Source: Candidatus Thalassarchaeaceae archaeon (GTDB lineage: Archaea; Thermoplasmatota; Poseidoniia; Poseidoniales; Thalassarchaeaceae). From it: DNA of 64,000 nt. Position numbers and translations under genes: made by a program. The stretch covers positions 2,077 to 66,076 of the forward strand of contig JAJPRD010000005.1 of the NCBI GenBank assembly GCA_023700255.1, in the 5' to 3' direction. Below the pieces are notes generated by a model. It was not told the DNA's origin and did no database searches. It was given only the letters and a program-made list of their open reading frames with translations. This document shows positions 63,758 to 64,000 of the stretch, one piece after another (within the stretch, counting starts at the first letter, position 1; each line of letters begins with the position of its first letter).

Positions 63758-64000
63758 TAGTCCGTATCCATGAGGGTTTACTATTTGTCTATTTCTAAGT
63801 AATAATAAATTGATTAAGTATTTATTTTAGACATTATTAGGTTTGAATTAGATTATCAAATGGCCTGAGATATGAATTTTCTGATTAAAAAAGATAGTGA
63901 ATCTTCTTAATTAGATTTCATGATGAATTGAATATTTTATTAGGGCAAATTATGTTCTGGTGGTCCTTACTATTGCACTTGATAATCTTCTCTAATCTAA

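Noticed and set aside
1-64000. Window-wide scan for CRISPR arrays, rRNA, tRNA, transposases, integrases, toxin-antitoxin pairs or known defence-system signatures.
   Set aside because: No regularly spaced short repeats, no rRNA- or tRNA-like sequence in intergenic regions, and no DDE, tyrosine or serine recombinase motifs in any ORF. The AddAB-like pair is reported as a repair or degradation machine rather than claimed as a defence system.

Overview
This is a 64-kb AT-rich chromosomal segment; hand counts of single 60-nt lines give roughly 23-42% G+C outside one island. It is archaeal by its information-processing genes: MCM helicase, archaeal GatE, Pth2, Trm1, Fap7/AK6-like kinase, FtsZ, and the canonical secE-spt5-rpl11-rpl1-rpl10(P0)-rpl12(P1) cluster. 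The many exported acidic Ala/Thr-rich proteins, a giant RCC1/ephrin-receptor-like surface protein and bacterial-type transport genes fit a marine planktonic euryarchaeote (MGII/Poseidoniales-like), but that is inference only. I support about 55 protein-coding genes. I recognised no rRNA, tRNA or CRISPR array. Most of the window is housekeeping: purM, moaA, threonine aldolase, aminotransferase, M20 peptidase, NMO, CAX antiporter and a Na+/solute symporter. Points worth a second look: (1) two perfectly identical 175-bp direct repeats spaced 3228 bp apart bracket a three-gene islet whose first gene is markedly G+C-rich; (2) the rpl11 gene encodes only the C-terminal rRNA-binding domain; (3) the adjacent spt5 carries an N-terminal Nudix-like domain with a degenerate Nudix box; (4) a translationally coupled bacterial-type AddB-like/AddA-like helicase-nuclease pair sits in an archaeal context; (5) a liv-type ABC operon has one SBP made of three fused binding domains, one apparently circularly permuted, and a single 1230-aa LivH-LivM fusion with a TM2-like insert; (6) an uncharacterised acidic extracytoplasmic domain is shared by a stand-alone anchored protein and the C-terminus of the symporter; (7) two membrane proteins with EF-hand(-like) loops and similar WW tails flank the islet boundary. 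All functional calls come from motif recognition by eye. No database search was run.
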